From a virus (taxonomy: Duplodnaviria; Caudoviricetes): a stretch of DNA of 64,000 nt. The first letter of the stretch is position 1; every line of letters begins with the position of its first letter. Both the position numbers and the translations under genes were made by a program. Under the pieces are notes generated by a model. It ran no database searches. It was not told the DNA's origin and saw nothing but the letters and a program-made list of their open reading frames with translations. The stretch lies in IMG/VR virus record IMGVR_UViG_2667527676_000002, positions 1-64,000 of that record; one strand, written 5' to 3'. Positions 56,401 to 64,000 of this stretch are shown here, piece after piece.

Positions 56401-56643
56401 CTTCCGGCTGGCAGCAGCCTGGCGTTCACGCGCACCGGCCGCCTTGTCGACACTGCGCGCAGCATCCTCCTCCGCGCGCGACACTCCCTTGGTGGCCTGC
56501 TCGAGGCCCTTGCTGGCGTCGGACAGGTTGTCGATCGCCTGTTCGGCCTGATCGGCGGAGTCGACCAGCTTGTCGAGGTCCTCGGCCGCCTTGGCAGCCG
56601 GGCTCGAATCGACCTTGATGCCCAGTTCGGCGAAATTGCTCAT
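53452..56643 (-). CDS. Tail tape measure protein (lambda H-like)
   Basis: 1063 aa; ALIMTGNYAG, MGEAGPEAVMPL. Confidence 0.94.
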   Translation of the reverse strand: MSNFAELGIKVDSSPAAKAAEDLDKLVDSADQAEQAIDNLSDASKGLEQATKGVSRAEEDAARSVDKAAGARERQAAASRKVYDSAAGEISIISQLERALSGNVANIDDLIRAESLLERARKAGLTTLQDEAQYQDRLGAAYDRLQKAETKEAAEKQRLVAAQNRQIEAMQRTVNSIDPVTAALARLEKQEAALRGLRAAGGLDDAGLAAGLEKIAAKRRDIEGTGGAINKLGLTSKEARENVLQLGNALSTGNWRVAAHNIAEIGVNAGGAARGVIGVLAPIGLLAAAIGGVTAAAYLGSKEQGEYNKALIMTGNYAGTSASELGEMARQVSNTVGTTGAAAEVLATLAGKGDLASESFVAITQAALSMEEATGRAVGDTVAEFVRLGEDPVKASKALNEQYNYLTASVYSQIKALEEQGDHTGAVKLATEAYADAINQRTPKILENLGWIERAWDGVARAAKRAWDDAKSIGRQDIDSQIADVERRLAQLDQGGFGLVGNRDESRNRLREELDMLSERKKAMEDDARTAGERARAEQAAQNAIDRIDARSRAALTNQQKRAKELEQYKKDLQAIREVNPNDDRLQQATIDREIANINAKYKDQKGSAGSVDLRAANAAKNSLAEITATYRNAQKELEASQRAGVISAESYAQQRISIIQQERDEVTHAYEREIAALEAARAKQGTSAAQRIQLDQKIADARSALVKAQQDADSQLNQIELSEQGRLRRQEQSVQRYTQALQAQVDALRLEGERAAAGVSMGGRERSRFEQLNSLDDRYNQQLMDLENQRSDPSRQMSDEEYEKRLATLRKAHQDLRDTVVSNYDQMTAAQSDWSNGASGAWNDYLESARNVAGQTHDLFTNAFRGMEDAVATFATTGKLSFSDFAKSILADMARIATRAAASQALSSLFGGFFGGGNAAAQSGVDNLVSNSGLFANGGAFAGGVQMFAAGGAFTNSVVSTPTAFGMSGGRLGVMGEAGPEAVMPLTRTSSGALGVRAMGGGGSQINVEVNIASDGSANVSSSQPGLDQFGRDIGTFVEQKYRQLLARDLRRDGAIGRAING

Positions 56644-56975
56644 CCCGACTCCCTCTGCTCGCGGAAGGTCCGCAGAGCGGCGTCTTCCATTACCCGGATA
56701 TCCGCGAACACCGCGGCTTGCTCACCAGCGGCTACGCCGCACATCTGCATCACCACCGGCAAAGCGGTGTAGTCCAGGCCTGTTGCGCCACACATGCCGG
56801 CCCGCCACTGGGTACTCATCGCCTCGAAGACGATGAAGGCCGTCCAGTTGCAGGGCCAGAGTTCCATCTGCTCGTCGCTTTCGTCGAAGTCATCCGGCGA
56901 CAATCCGAACTGCGCCAGCTCCTGGGCGCTGGCTGCAGGCCGATAGAGTTCTTGTGCGGCGCGCTTCAGTTTCCC
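56640..56975 (-). CDS. Tail assembly chaperone T moiety (-1 frameshift extension)
   Basis: WPCNW..FEAMSTQWR..GLDY; reached through the GGGAAAC slippery site. Confidence 0.85.
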   Translation of the reverse strand, partial: GKLKRAAQELYRPAASAQELAQFGLSPDDFDESDEQMELWPCNWTAFIVFEAMSTQWRAGMCGATGLDYTALPVVMQMCGVAAGEQAAVFADIRVMEDAALRTFREQRESG

Positions 56976-57346
56976 AAGCGCCCTCTGCTGTAGGCGCTCT
57001 GGTAGGCCTCGAGGATGGCCTCGGGCACGCTGACCAAGGAGGACACCAGCAGCCGGACGTTGGCCTCGGTGAACGCCTCGTCGAACCCCCACCCGGCCAC
57101 AACGGCTTGTACCTGCTCGACCTGGAGGTCGATCTGAGCCGTGGTGAACGCTTCCAGAGACTGCTCGCGAGTCTCCTCGACCAGGCGTTTGAACCGCTCC
57201 CCCCAATTGCTGTAGAGGTCGGCCAGCGCTTCACGATCCAGGTACTTGAAGGTGAATGGCACCTTGATGGACTCCCCGCCGAGGCGGGGAATCTCCACAC
57301 TGGATTCGAAGGTGGGCGCCTGCGCGATGCTGAACTTCTTCGCCAT
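56966..57346 (-). CDS. Tail assembly chaperone G
   Basis: Between tube and tape measure genes; ends RLGN-stop on GGGAAAC. Confidence 0.88.
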   Translation of the reverse strand: MAKKFSIAQAPTFESSVEIPRLGGESIKVPFTFKYLDREALADLYSNWGERFKRLVEETREQSLEAFTTAQIDLQVEQVQAVVAGWGFDEAFTEANVRLLVSSLVSVPEAILEAYQSAYSRGRLGN

Positions 57347-57355
57347 GACAGTTCC

Positions 57356-58009
57356 TTAGGGGGCCGGGTTGTAGCGAACCGGGCGGCCATCGAGAGCGAT
57401 GGTCAGGGTCCGGGTCATGATTTCGTTGACGTTCAGGGTCGGGGTATCGCTGACCGAGACGTAGCCGTTGTAGAAAACCTCCGATCCGTTGCGCAGCGTC
57501 AGGCGGATCACCTGCAGCGCCTTACTCTGGTCCGCCGCCTCAATCACCGCCCACTGCGGCAAGTTGGGGTCGTCGGCGATCGGCATCGAGAACGACTGAG
57601 CGTTGCGGAAGGTAGGCAACTGGCGCTGGTCATCGTCCTCGAGGTACTGGTACTGGACGAACTGCTGTTCGCCGCCGGAGGTGGTCGGGTTCATCACCTG
57701 CTGGATCTGCTGCCAGGTGAGGACCTTCTTCGCCGAGCCGATACCGCCGCCGGCCGGGTAGCGGATCACATCGGTGGTATCGATATTGCCCAGGGAGAAG
57801 GTGTCCTCGGTGGAAACTGCGACCTTGACGGCTCGGCCGTTCAGGCCAGTCCAGCCGGACACCAGCGACACGACGTCACCGACCAACAGGCCGTGAGCAT
57901 CTGCGGTAGCAACCGCTGGCTTGGCGTTGGAGACAGCGGTAATCGGAATAGCCGTGCCGTAGGTGGCAGCAATGGCCAGCAGCGCGCCGTTGGGGAGGCT
58001 TGCGGACAT
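57356..58009 (-). CDS. Major tail tube protein
   Basis: LPNG, ITAVSNAKPAVAT, GGEQQF. Confidence 0.88.
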   Translation of the reverse strand: MSASLPNGALLAIAATYGTAIPITAVSNAKPAVATADAHGLLVGDVVSLVSGWTGLNGRAVKVAVSTEDTFSLGNIDTTDVIRYPAGGGIGSAKKVLTWQQIQQVMNPTTSGGEQQFVQYQYLEDDDQRQLPTFRNAQSFSMPIADDPNLPQWAVIEAADQSKALQVIRLTLRNGSEVFYNGYVSVSDTPTLNVNEIMTRTLTIALDGRPVRYNPAP

Positions 58010-58076
58010 GGAGTTTTCCTCGTGTGGAAATGAAAAAACCCGCTCATGGCGGGTGCTGGTGTGCCCATGCGGGCGA

Positions 58077-58487
58077 TCAGAAGATGTCGGCGCGATAGCC
58101 GATGGAGACTGGTTTGGTATCGGCGATGTCCCCCGATATCCAGGGTCCCGGCGCTGGTGGGCTCACCACCTGCACAGAGAAACCGGGGCGGGACAACTCG
58201 GTGTAGAGAGGGAACTGCTGACCTAACTCGGCGATGATGTCTGCGGCAACGCCGGTGCCCTGCCCGCCTGGGACCACGATGCTGATCTGGAACACACCGG
58301 TGAAGCCCCGGTGGTAGCCGCCCAAGTCGCTACTGGTAGTGCCAGCGGGCAGCGTGAAGCAGCGTAGATAGATGGCACCCGGCGTCGGTTCGAACGTCAC
58401 ATTCGGGTACGCGACAGGGATCCCCTTGGCCTTCGCCCAGACGTCCAGGCGAGCCTCGAACAGTTGCTGAATGATCTCGTGACTCAT
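58077..58487 (-). CDS. Tail terminator-like protein (DUF4128-like)
   Basis: VAYPNV, GVFQISIVVP. Confidence 0.75.
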   Translation of the reverse strand: MSHEIIQQLFEARLDVWAKAKGIPVAYPNVTFEPTPGAIYLRCFTLPAGTTSSDLGGYHRGFTGVFQISIVVPGGQGTGVAADIIAELGQQFPLYTELSRPGFSVQVVSPPAPGPWISGDIADTKPVSIGYRADIF

Positions 58488-59158
58488 ACCTGGTTCGCCC
58501 TGACGGCGGCCTCCACAATCTGCTGGAATTCGGCGATGGTCACCCGGACCATGCCAGCCGGCGCCTGGCTGGAGTGCCCGTACTCGAGCGGTACCGCATA
58601 CGGCAGGTTGTTCACCAGGTAGGCGGTATCACCGAGCTTCAGCGGCTGGACCCCAGCGGTCACTGCAGAAATTGCCTTGCTGCCAGTCGGGTCGACGTCA
58701 TCAATCTCCCCCTGTGCGGCCGTGCCGATGCTGAACTGCCAGTTGGCCCGAAAGCGCCCGCCAACATACCCGCGCCCGGCCACCATCCCGTTGACGTCGA
58801 AGTTCTGGTCACGCTCCGCCTTGGTCAGCGTCTTCGCGTGCTTCACGCCTCGACGTAGCGTCCCGTTCCTGGTGAAGTTGCTCGGATTCAGGTTGATCAG
58901 GGTGTTGCGAATCGCAACGTTCTCGTCGTAGCGGTCCGCCGCAGCACTCGCTCGCTGGCGGTAGGCGACGTTCGCGGCCCACCGCTCCGGGTCACCGACT
59001 GGAGATTTCTCGATCACCTTGACCGACAGGTCCAACATGATCCGCTGGTAGATCGCATCGCCGGCAGCCAAGGCTTGGTCGCGGAACTGCGCCACCGCTG
59101 CAGCGAAGCTGCCCTGGCGCCCCGAGTAGCGTTGACGCATGCGAGAGCCACGGGCCAT
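58484..59158 (-). CDS. HK97 gp10-like neck protein
   Basis: GRFRANWQ, NNLPYAVPLEYGHSSQAPAGMVR. Confidence 0.8.
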   Translation of the reverse strand: MARGSRMRQRYSGRQGSFAAAVAQFRDQALAAGDAIYQRIMLDLSVKVIEKSPVGDPERWAANVAYRQRASAAADRYDENVAIRNTLINLNPSNFTRNGTLRRGVKHAKTLTKAERDQNFDVNGMVAGRGYVGGRFRANWQFSIGTAAQGEIDDVDPTGSKAISAVTAGVQPLKLGDTAYLVNNLPYAVPLEYGHSSQAPAGMVRVTIAEFQQIVEAAVRANQV

Positions 59159-59161
59159 GCG

Positions 59162-59551
59162 CTACCTCCTCGCCTGCGCGACGAAGCCGATGTCCAGTCC
59201 GGCGTAGTTCCAGGCTTTCGCAGTCACCACCTTGAAGGCCTCGCCGTCGAACTCGATACGGTCGCCGTTCCTCGGCGCCGGCATGTCCTGCCCCCCGAGC
59301 TGCACTGGTGACATGATGATCTCGACATCACCCTGTTGGATCAGCGAGCCATCGATAACCCGCACATCGTAGTCCTGGCGCATGCCGGAACCATCGAAGC
59401 GGCGCTCTATGGTTGGACTTCCACCGGTCGCCGGGTCGTACTCGCCCTGCTCGAACTTGGTCAGGCGTAGCTCAAGCCCCTTACCGCCCTTGCTCCGCGG
59501 TGCCAGCATACGAATGGCCATCGCCCGGGAACGGTCGTAGATATCAGCCAT
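59162..59551 (-). CDS. Head closure protein
   Basis: YDPATG, IDGSLIQQGD; synteny. Confidence 0.72.
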   Translation of the reverse strand: MADIYDRSRAMAIRMLAPRSKGGKGLELRLTKFEQGEYDPATGGSPTIERRFDGSGMRQDYDVRVIDGSLIQQGDVEIIMSPVQLGGQDMPAPRNGDRIEFDGEAFKVVTAKAWNYAGLDIGFVAQARR

Positions 59552-60015
59552 CAGCTCATCCTCGACACCCTGACGTTGAACATGCCGCCGCCGACTGTCA
59601 GCGCCTCCACAAGCCGATCCACTGCAACGTAGCGCGGCTGCCCCTGGTTCACCGGATCGGCGTAGACCGTGGTGAGGGGCCCCACCGTCTCGGATTTCAC
59701 AGCGGAGGCCTGCTGTACCGTGTCCAGCGGCCCGTCGAGGGCCAGCAGGGCCAGTTCGCAAGTTGCGGCCTGCAGTTTCCGGTTCGGCCAGGCCAGGCCG
59801 GTGCGTGGAAACTCCAACGGCTGGTCCGGGTCGACCTTCGAGCCTCGGAATTGATAGCTGCGGTCGATGTAGTCGGTCGCCCTGATCAGTGCCGAGGAGC
59901 GGCTGTCATTGGAGGCCGACGCCCAGGCAGCATTGCCGCGCTGAGCGTGATACTCGGTAGCCTGGTCGACGGAGACGTAACTGTTGGCGCTGTCACCCTC
60001 AGTCACCACCGCCAT
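59551..60015 (-). CDS. Head-tail adaptor (DnaT-like annotated family)
   Basis: ANSYVSV, ALIRATDYID, LEFPR, ATCELA. Confidence 0.78.
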   Translation of the reverse strand: MAVVTEGDSANSYVSVDQATEYHAQRGNAAWASASNDSRSSALIRATDYIDRSYQFRGSKVDPDQPLEFPRTGLAWPNRKLQAATCELALLALDGPLDTVQQASAVKSETVGPLTTVYADPVNQGQPRYVAVDRLVEALTVGGGMFNVRVSRMS

Positions 60016-60484
60016 TGGCTTTCTCCTCGGTCGCCTTCAGGAGCTCGCGCAGCGAATCGGGCGTGGCGCCTTCCGGCACCTCGACACCCAGTTCAACGAG
60101 ACGCGCCAGCACCTGTTCGTCGTTCAACGGCGAGGGCTCCTGGGCCGCCTTCGCCTCGGCGAGCAGTTTCGCCAACGCAGCCTTGCCTGCACGCCCATCA
60201 AACGCAACGCCGAGGGTCTTCAGGTCAGCCTTGATTTCGTCGAGGGTCGGCTCGCCGTCATGGATGCCCGGAGCCTTCTCAGCACCGCTGGTTTGCAGTT
60301 CGATCAGGTCGTAGGCCACCGAATATGCCCGCGGCACCTCGCCGGCTACCGCATCGGCCTGTTCGAGGAAGTCGCCCTGGCGATAGGCGAGCGGGTCCCG
60401 AATCGTCAGCCCATTGCGTTGGGCGAACTCCATCTGGTCCGAGGTCGCCGGGCCAGCTACGAACCACAGAATCTTCTTGGTCAT
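59999..60484 (-). CDS. Hypothetical head-module protein
   Basis: GAGG RBS; two short HeH/LEM-like helical repeats. Confidence 0.7.
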   Translation of the reverse strand: MTKKILWFVAGPATSDQMEFAQRNGLTIRDPLAYRQGDFLEQADAVAGEVPRAYSVAYDLIELQTSGAEKAPGIHDGEPTLDEIKADLKTLGVAFDGRAGKAALAKLLAEAKAAQEPSPLNDEQVLARLVELGVEVPEGATPDSLRELLKATEEKANGGGD

Positions 60485-60524
60485 TGTCCACCTCATGAAA
60501 GGGGGCCTGGCGGCCCCTCTGCGG

Positions 60525-61496
60525 TTACTTGCTCAGCACCAGAACGCCGGCGGTGTCCTTGACGCTGGTGGCGGTGCGCTCCCAGTTCGCCGCGGTGCCG
60601 ATCGCGGTATCGTTCGGCGAAGCGCCGCCCGCACCGGTCTTCCAGGTGTAACCGAGCACGCCCAGGTTGTAGCTCCACTCGGCCTGGTAGACCGAACCCA
60701 GGTTCTCCTTGCCGGTGGTGCGGTTCAGGACAGCGTCGAAGTCGTTGTTGCCGGTCACCAGCACCGAGCTCTGCACCAGGCCCAACGAGCGGAACGAAGC
60801 TGGGTTGGCCTCGGGATCAGCGCCGGCCGGCACGATCAGCGAGTCGGCGTCGGTCACCACGAACAGACGGCCGAACGGGTCGCGCATCACGTTCACGCCA
60901 TCGTAGGTGAACAGGTTCTCGGCGTTCGCAAGAGCGTTGTCGTAGAGATCGCTGACCACGCTGGAATGGAACACCCAGGCCGCAATGGCGTTGGCGCGGT
61001 CACCGAACTTGAACGCCGCCTTGTTCAGGGTGCGGAAGGTTGCGGTCTCGGTGGCGCTGCCATGGGTCGCGTCGGAGTGACCGCTGATTGCAGCCACCGC
61101 GCCGCGGATGGCGGTGTTCAGCATGTCCGCGACCCGTGCCTTACCCAGTTGCTCACCGATGGTCAGGGCCGCCAACGCCGGGTTCTGCAACACCCAGTTG
61201 TACTGGGCCGCTTCATACTCGATCGGTGGCGTGCCGGCGGCGACCTTCACCGCGGCGTTGAGCAACTGCGTCAGACGAGTCGCAGCCACGTCGCCGTTCC
61301 CGTAGACGTTGCGGCGGCGCACCAGATTGGCGATCAGCTTGAAGCTGGCCTTGATGTCGAAGTCACCCTGCGCCGGCGCGTTCTGTAGAACGATGGTGCC
61401 GGCGGATGCCTGGTTGAATTTGTCGATCGCCTGGGCGACGGTTTCGGTCAGAGCCGTGTAGGTCTGCTTGTTGAATACAGCGAGATCGAAAGCCAT
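60525..61496 (-). CDS. Major capsid protein
   Basis: 323 aa after the scaffold; AAGGAGG RBS; FNQASAGTIVL. Confidence 0.85.
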   Translation of the reverse strand: MAFDLAVFNKQTYTALTETVAQAIDKFNQASAGTIVLQNAPAQGDFDIKASFKLIANLVRRRNVYGNGDVAATRLTQLLNAAVKVAAGTPPIEYEAAQYNWVLQNPALAALTIGEQLGKARVADMLNTAIRGAVAAISGHSDATHGSATETATFRTLNKAAFKFGDRANAIAAWVFHSSVVSDLYDNALANAENLFTYDGVNVMRDPFGRLFVVTDADSLIVPAGADPEANPASFRSLGLVQSSVLVTGNNDFDAVLNRTTGKENLGSVYQAEWSYNLGVLGYTWKTGAGGASPNDTAIGTAANWERTATSVKDTAGVLVLSK

Positions 61497-61505
61497 GTGG
61501 CCTCC

Positions 61506-62249
61506 TTACTTGATCGTTTCGAGGTAGGCGACCTTCTCGGCCTCTGTCTTGCAGTCGGCGAGCGACTTGGCCGTGCTGCCGGAGGGCTTGCCGCCCGGGG
61601 GCGTTCCGCCGCCGGAGTGGCCAGAGCCCTTCAGGATCTGGTCGCGGTAGGGGTACTGGTCGACGAGAATCTCCAGCGCTTCATCGAAGTCGGCGGCCTC
61701 GCCGGGACGGGCCTTGCTGTACAGCTTGTTGCCGTGGGCGTCGTAGGCCACGACATTGCCGTCCTCGATCTTCAGGTGCTTGCCGAACACGGACTGCACC
61801 ATGTCGGCCGGAACAGCCAGGCGGTCTGCCACGAACTTCGAGCGGGAGAAGCTGCCGCCGATCTTCTCGGCGTAGAGCTGCTGCTCCAACTGCTCCGCGC
61901 GCGTGGTGGCCTCGGTCAGCTTGGTGTCGTAGGCCTTGCCGATTTCAGCCTTCACCTTCTCGATCTCGCCGGCATCCACCAGCTTCTTCGCGTCGAGATT
62001 GGCGACGGTTTCCAGGGCTTTGCGCGCTGCGGCCGGGTCCTCGATGCCTTCGAAGTCTTTTGCGATCTTCTCGGCCTTCTCCGCCCGCTCGCGGTGCTGC
62101 TTGGCCTCTCCGTTCAAGCGGGTGATGGTGGCTCGGGTACCGACCGCATCGAAAGCGATCTCCTTACCGTCATCTTCCACGTAGACCGGCTTGCCATCCT
62201 GGACCTCGGCGTATTGCTTGCCATCGACTTCGACAGTCTTCAGTTTCAT
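61506..62249 (-). CDS. Scaffolding protein
   Basis: MKLKTVEVDG...GKPVYV; charged coil upstream of the capsid gene. Confidence 0.8.
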   Translation of the reverse strand: MKLKTVEVDGKQYAEVQDGKPVYVEDDGKEIAFDAVGTRATITRLNGEAKQHRERAEKAEKIAKDFEGIEDPAAARKALETVANLDAKKLVDAGEIEKVKAEIGKAYDTKLTEATTRAEQLEQQLYAEKIGGSFSRSKFVADRLAVPADMVQSVFGKHLKIEDGNVVAYDAHGNKLYSKARPGEAADFDEALEILVDQYPYRDQILKGSGHSGGGTPPGGKPSGSTAKSLADCKTEAEKVAYLETIK

Positions 62250-62372
62250 CTCGTCTTTCTCCGGCCATCCGGCCATTGCGATGGGCCATCCGGCCCGGAA
62301 GGCGCCCCGCTCCATCCGAAACGCAGGCATAAAAAAGCCCCGGACATTGCCGGGGCCTACACGAATTGGTGA

Positions 62373-63452
62373 TCAGTCGGGCGCGTACAGCGACTTGAGT
62401 TGCGCCAGGCTCAGCGGGTTGCCCCGCTGGTCCAACAGGTCGCTCAAGGTGATGACGCCTCGGCGCCAGAGGTCGGCGCGGCCGGGCCCCAGCTTCTCGT
62501 CCTGGAAGGCCTTTGACTTACCCTTGAGCCATGTCTCGAAGTTCAGACTGGCCGGCACCTGGCCGTCCATCGACGCCCGGGTGCTCTTCACCTCGTCGAC
62601 GTCGATACCCAGCTCACGCATCGTCTTGAGCCAAGGCAGAGTGGCACTGCGACACCCCCAGTGCCGCGGGCAACCTTGCTTGTACGGCAGCGAGTGCCCC
62701 ACAGGTCTGAACTGCAGATCCCAGGTCTTCTGGTCGTAGACCATGCAGATTTCAGTGGTGTGCGAGTCCAGGGTGCTGAGCTGGCGATACCCTTTCACCG
62801 GGCCATTCTCGCCAGAATTGGCCTTGTAGACCTCCATCCTGGCGCCATTGGCCACCGCTTGGGCGCTGTTGTGGACCAAGGTCCGAGCCGCGCGCTTGCT
62901 GACATCCATGAAGCCCTTCACCGGCGGTTGGTCGCCCCGAGCCCGGCGGCCGACGATCTGGGTAACCATCTGTTCCGTGGTCTCGCCATTCACGAAGCCA
63001 TTGCGCACCACACCGGAGAACCGAAACGATACATCCGCAGCCTGCTTGAGCCACCATTGCTTGGTAGGCGCGCCCTCGATGAGCGTATTCGCAACCACGG
63101 CGCTGAGTCGGTTCTTGCCGACGCCGAGCATGATTGGCCGGCTCACCAGGCTGTTGACTGAGCTCGACGCGAAGCCTCCTTCGATGACCGCGAGTTGCCG
63201 CAGATTGGCATCATGCGCCGCAGCGATCTCGGTGTACTGCGCCTTGATTGCCTTGGCCGCCTCGTCGAGGATCGCGTTGACCTCCTTGACGTTCTTCAGC
63301 GGCAACCGGCGGCCCTGCAGCAGCTTCACCAGCTCCTCGGCGAGTTCGGTGATCTTCTCCTCGACTTCCTTCGACATACCCGCCGTGGTCCTGATCAGGT
63401 CGATACCATGGTCGGTATACAGCTCCGCCAGCAGCACCTCCAAGCGAGTCAT
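62373..63452 (-). CDS. Minor head morphogenesis protein (SPP1 gp7/Mu F-like)
   Basis: STLDSHTTEIC, PRHWGCRS. Confidence 0.85.
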   Translation of the reverse strand: MTRLEVLLAELYTDHGIDLIRTTAGMSKEVEEKITELAEELVKLLQGRRLPLKNVKEVNAILDEAAKAIKAQYTEIAAAHDANLRQLAVIEGGFASSSVNSLVSRPIMLGVGKNRLSAVVANTLIEGAPTKQWWLKQAADVSFRFSGVVRNGFVNGETTEQMVTQIVGRRARGDQPPVKGFMDVSKRAARTLVHNSAQAVANGARMEVYKANSGENGPVKGYRQLSTLDSHTTEICMVYDQKTWDLQFRPVGHSLPYKQGCPRHWGCRSATLPWLKTMRELGIDVDEVKSTRASMDGQVPASLNFETWLKGKSKAFQDEKLGPGRADLWRRGVITLSDLLDQRGNPLSLAQLKSLYAPD

Positions 63453-64000
63453 ATCGCAGGCTCCTGGTTGCGGATCCGCTCCTGCTCCGACTCCCAGTCC
63501 AGGTCCTCGGCAAGCATGCCGCGGCGCTGGGCCTCGTTGAACAGGGTCTGGTCTGACAACGAGCCGCCGTCACGCATGCGCTGCAGCACACCCATGGTCT
63601 CAGCCGGAGCATAATCCGGGTCGAGATTCGGCTGGAGCTGCACGGTGCCGCCCTCGGCGCGGTTGTTCAGTGCGAGGGAGAAATACGACAGGAACAGCAC
63701 CAGGCTGTCCTGCAGACCCTGGCACATCATCGCCAGTTTGCTGGTCTCCTTCGCCGATTCCTCGCCAGACTGCTTAGCCGTCATGACCTGGGTGGACTTC
63801 TCCACCAGCTTCGCACCAGCCTGCCGCATCTCCTCTTGCAGTGAGTCAAGCTGTTCCCGCGCGGTCTTGATGGCGGCGCCGGTGTGCTCGACATACTTCA
63901 TGTCGGATTCCCGAGGCAACTTCACCGCGGAGCGCGCGCCGATGGCCAGCTCGTCGCCGGAGTCGACACCAGTCATCACCAGGATCGGCACGCAGGCGAC
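63449..64000 (-). CDS. Portal protein (DUF4055-like), C-terminal part only
   Basis: YVEHTGAAI, EMRQAGAKL; runs off the window end. Confidence 0.75.
   Translation of the reverse strand, partial: VACVPILVMTGVDSGDELAIGARSAVKLPRESDMKYVEHTGAAIKTAREQLDSLQEEMRQAGAKLVEKSTQVMTAKQSGEESAKETSKLAMMCQGLQDSLVLFLSYFSLALNNRAEGGTVQLQPNLDPDYAPAETMGVLQRMRDGGSLSDQTLFNEAQRRGMLAEDLDWESEQERIRNQEPAI

Larger units (their letters stand above)
38150..64000. mobile_element. Prophage 2 (lambda/F-pyocin-like tail, DUF4055-type portal); continues beyond the window
   Basis: Second set of lysis, tail and head genes starting at the att junction. Confidence 0.92.

Overview
This is a GC-rich, Pseudomonas aeruginosa-like window (host inferred from the dusA fragment and pyocin-like genes) made up entirely of two tandem siphovirus-type prophages. 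Prophage 1 (<1-~38185) looks nearly complete. It has an AIPR moron, spanins, a GH19 endolysin, a non-lambda tail module, a ricin-B lectin moron and a lambda-like head (GpA terminase, portal, ClpP protease, D, E). It also has a holin, an iteron origin, a Toprim-VapE primase/helicase, a cII-cro-cI switch, an early operon with two PrtN-family genes and a C5 DNA methyltransferase, and a dusA-associated tyrosine integrase. At ~38150-38185 the phage-supplied dusA 5' end (SRRFSVAPMMD) runs into the left end of prophage 2 instead of host dusA, giving a hybrid attP-like junction. Prophage 2 (~38150->64000) carries a DUF2388 moron cluster, a near-duplicate lysis cassette, a secreted C5-epimerase-like moron and a lambda/F-pyocin-like tail (J, I, K, L, M, H, G/GT frameshift). 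It also has a KilA-N gene with a c4-like RNA leader, a SPOR lipoprotein moron and a head module with a DUF4055-type portal. The most unexplained signal is a family of intergenic hairpins with a CCACCAC/GTGGTGG loop. They form an array after cro and recur at the 5' end and inside the opposite early operon, which suggests an RNA-level antitermination or antisense system. All family assignments come from motif recognition and synteny, not from database searches.
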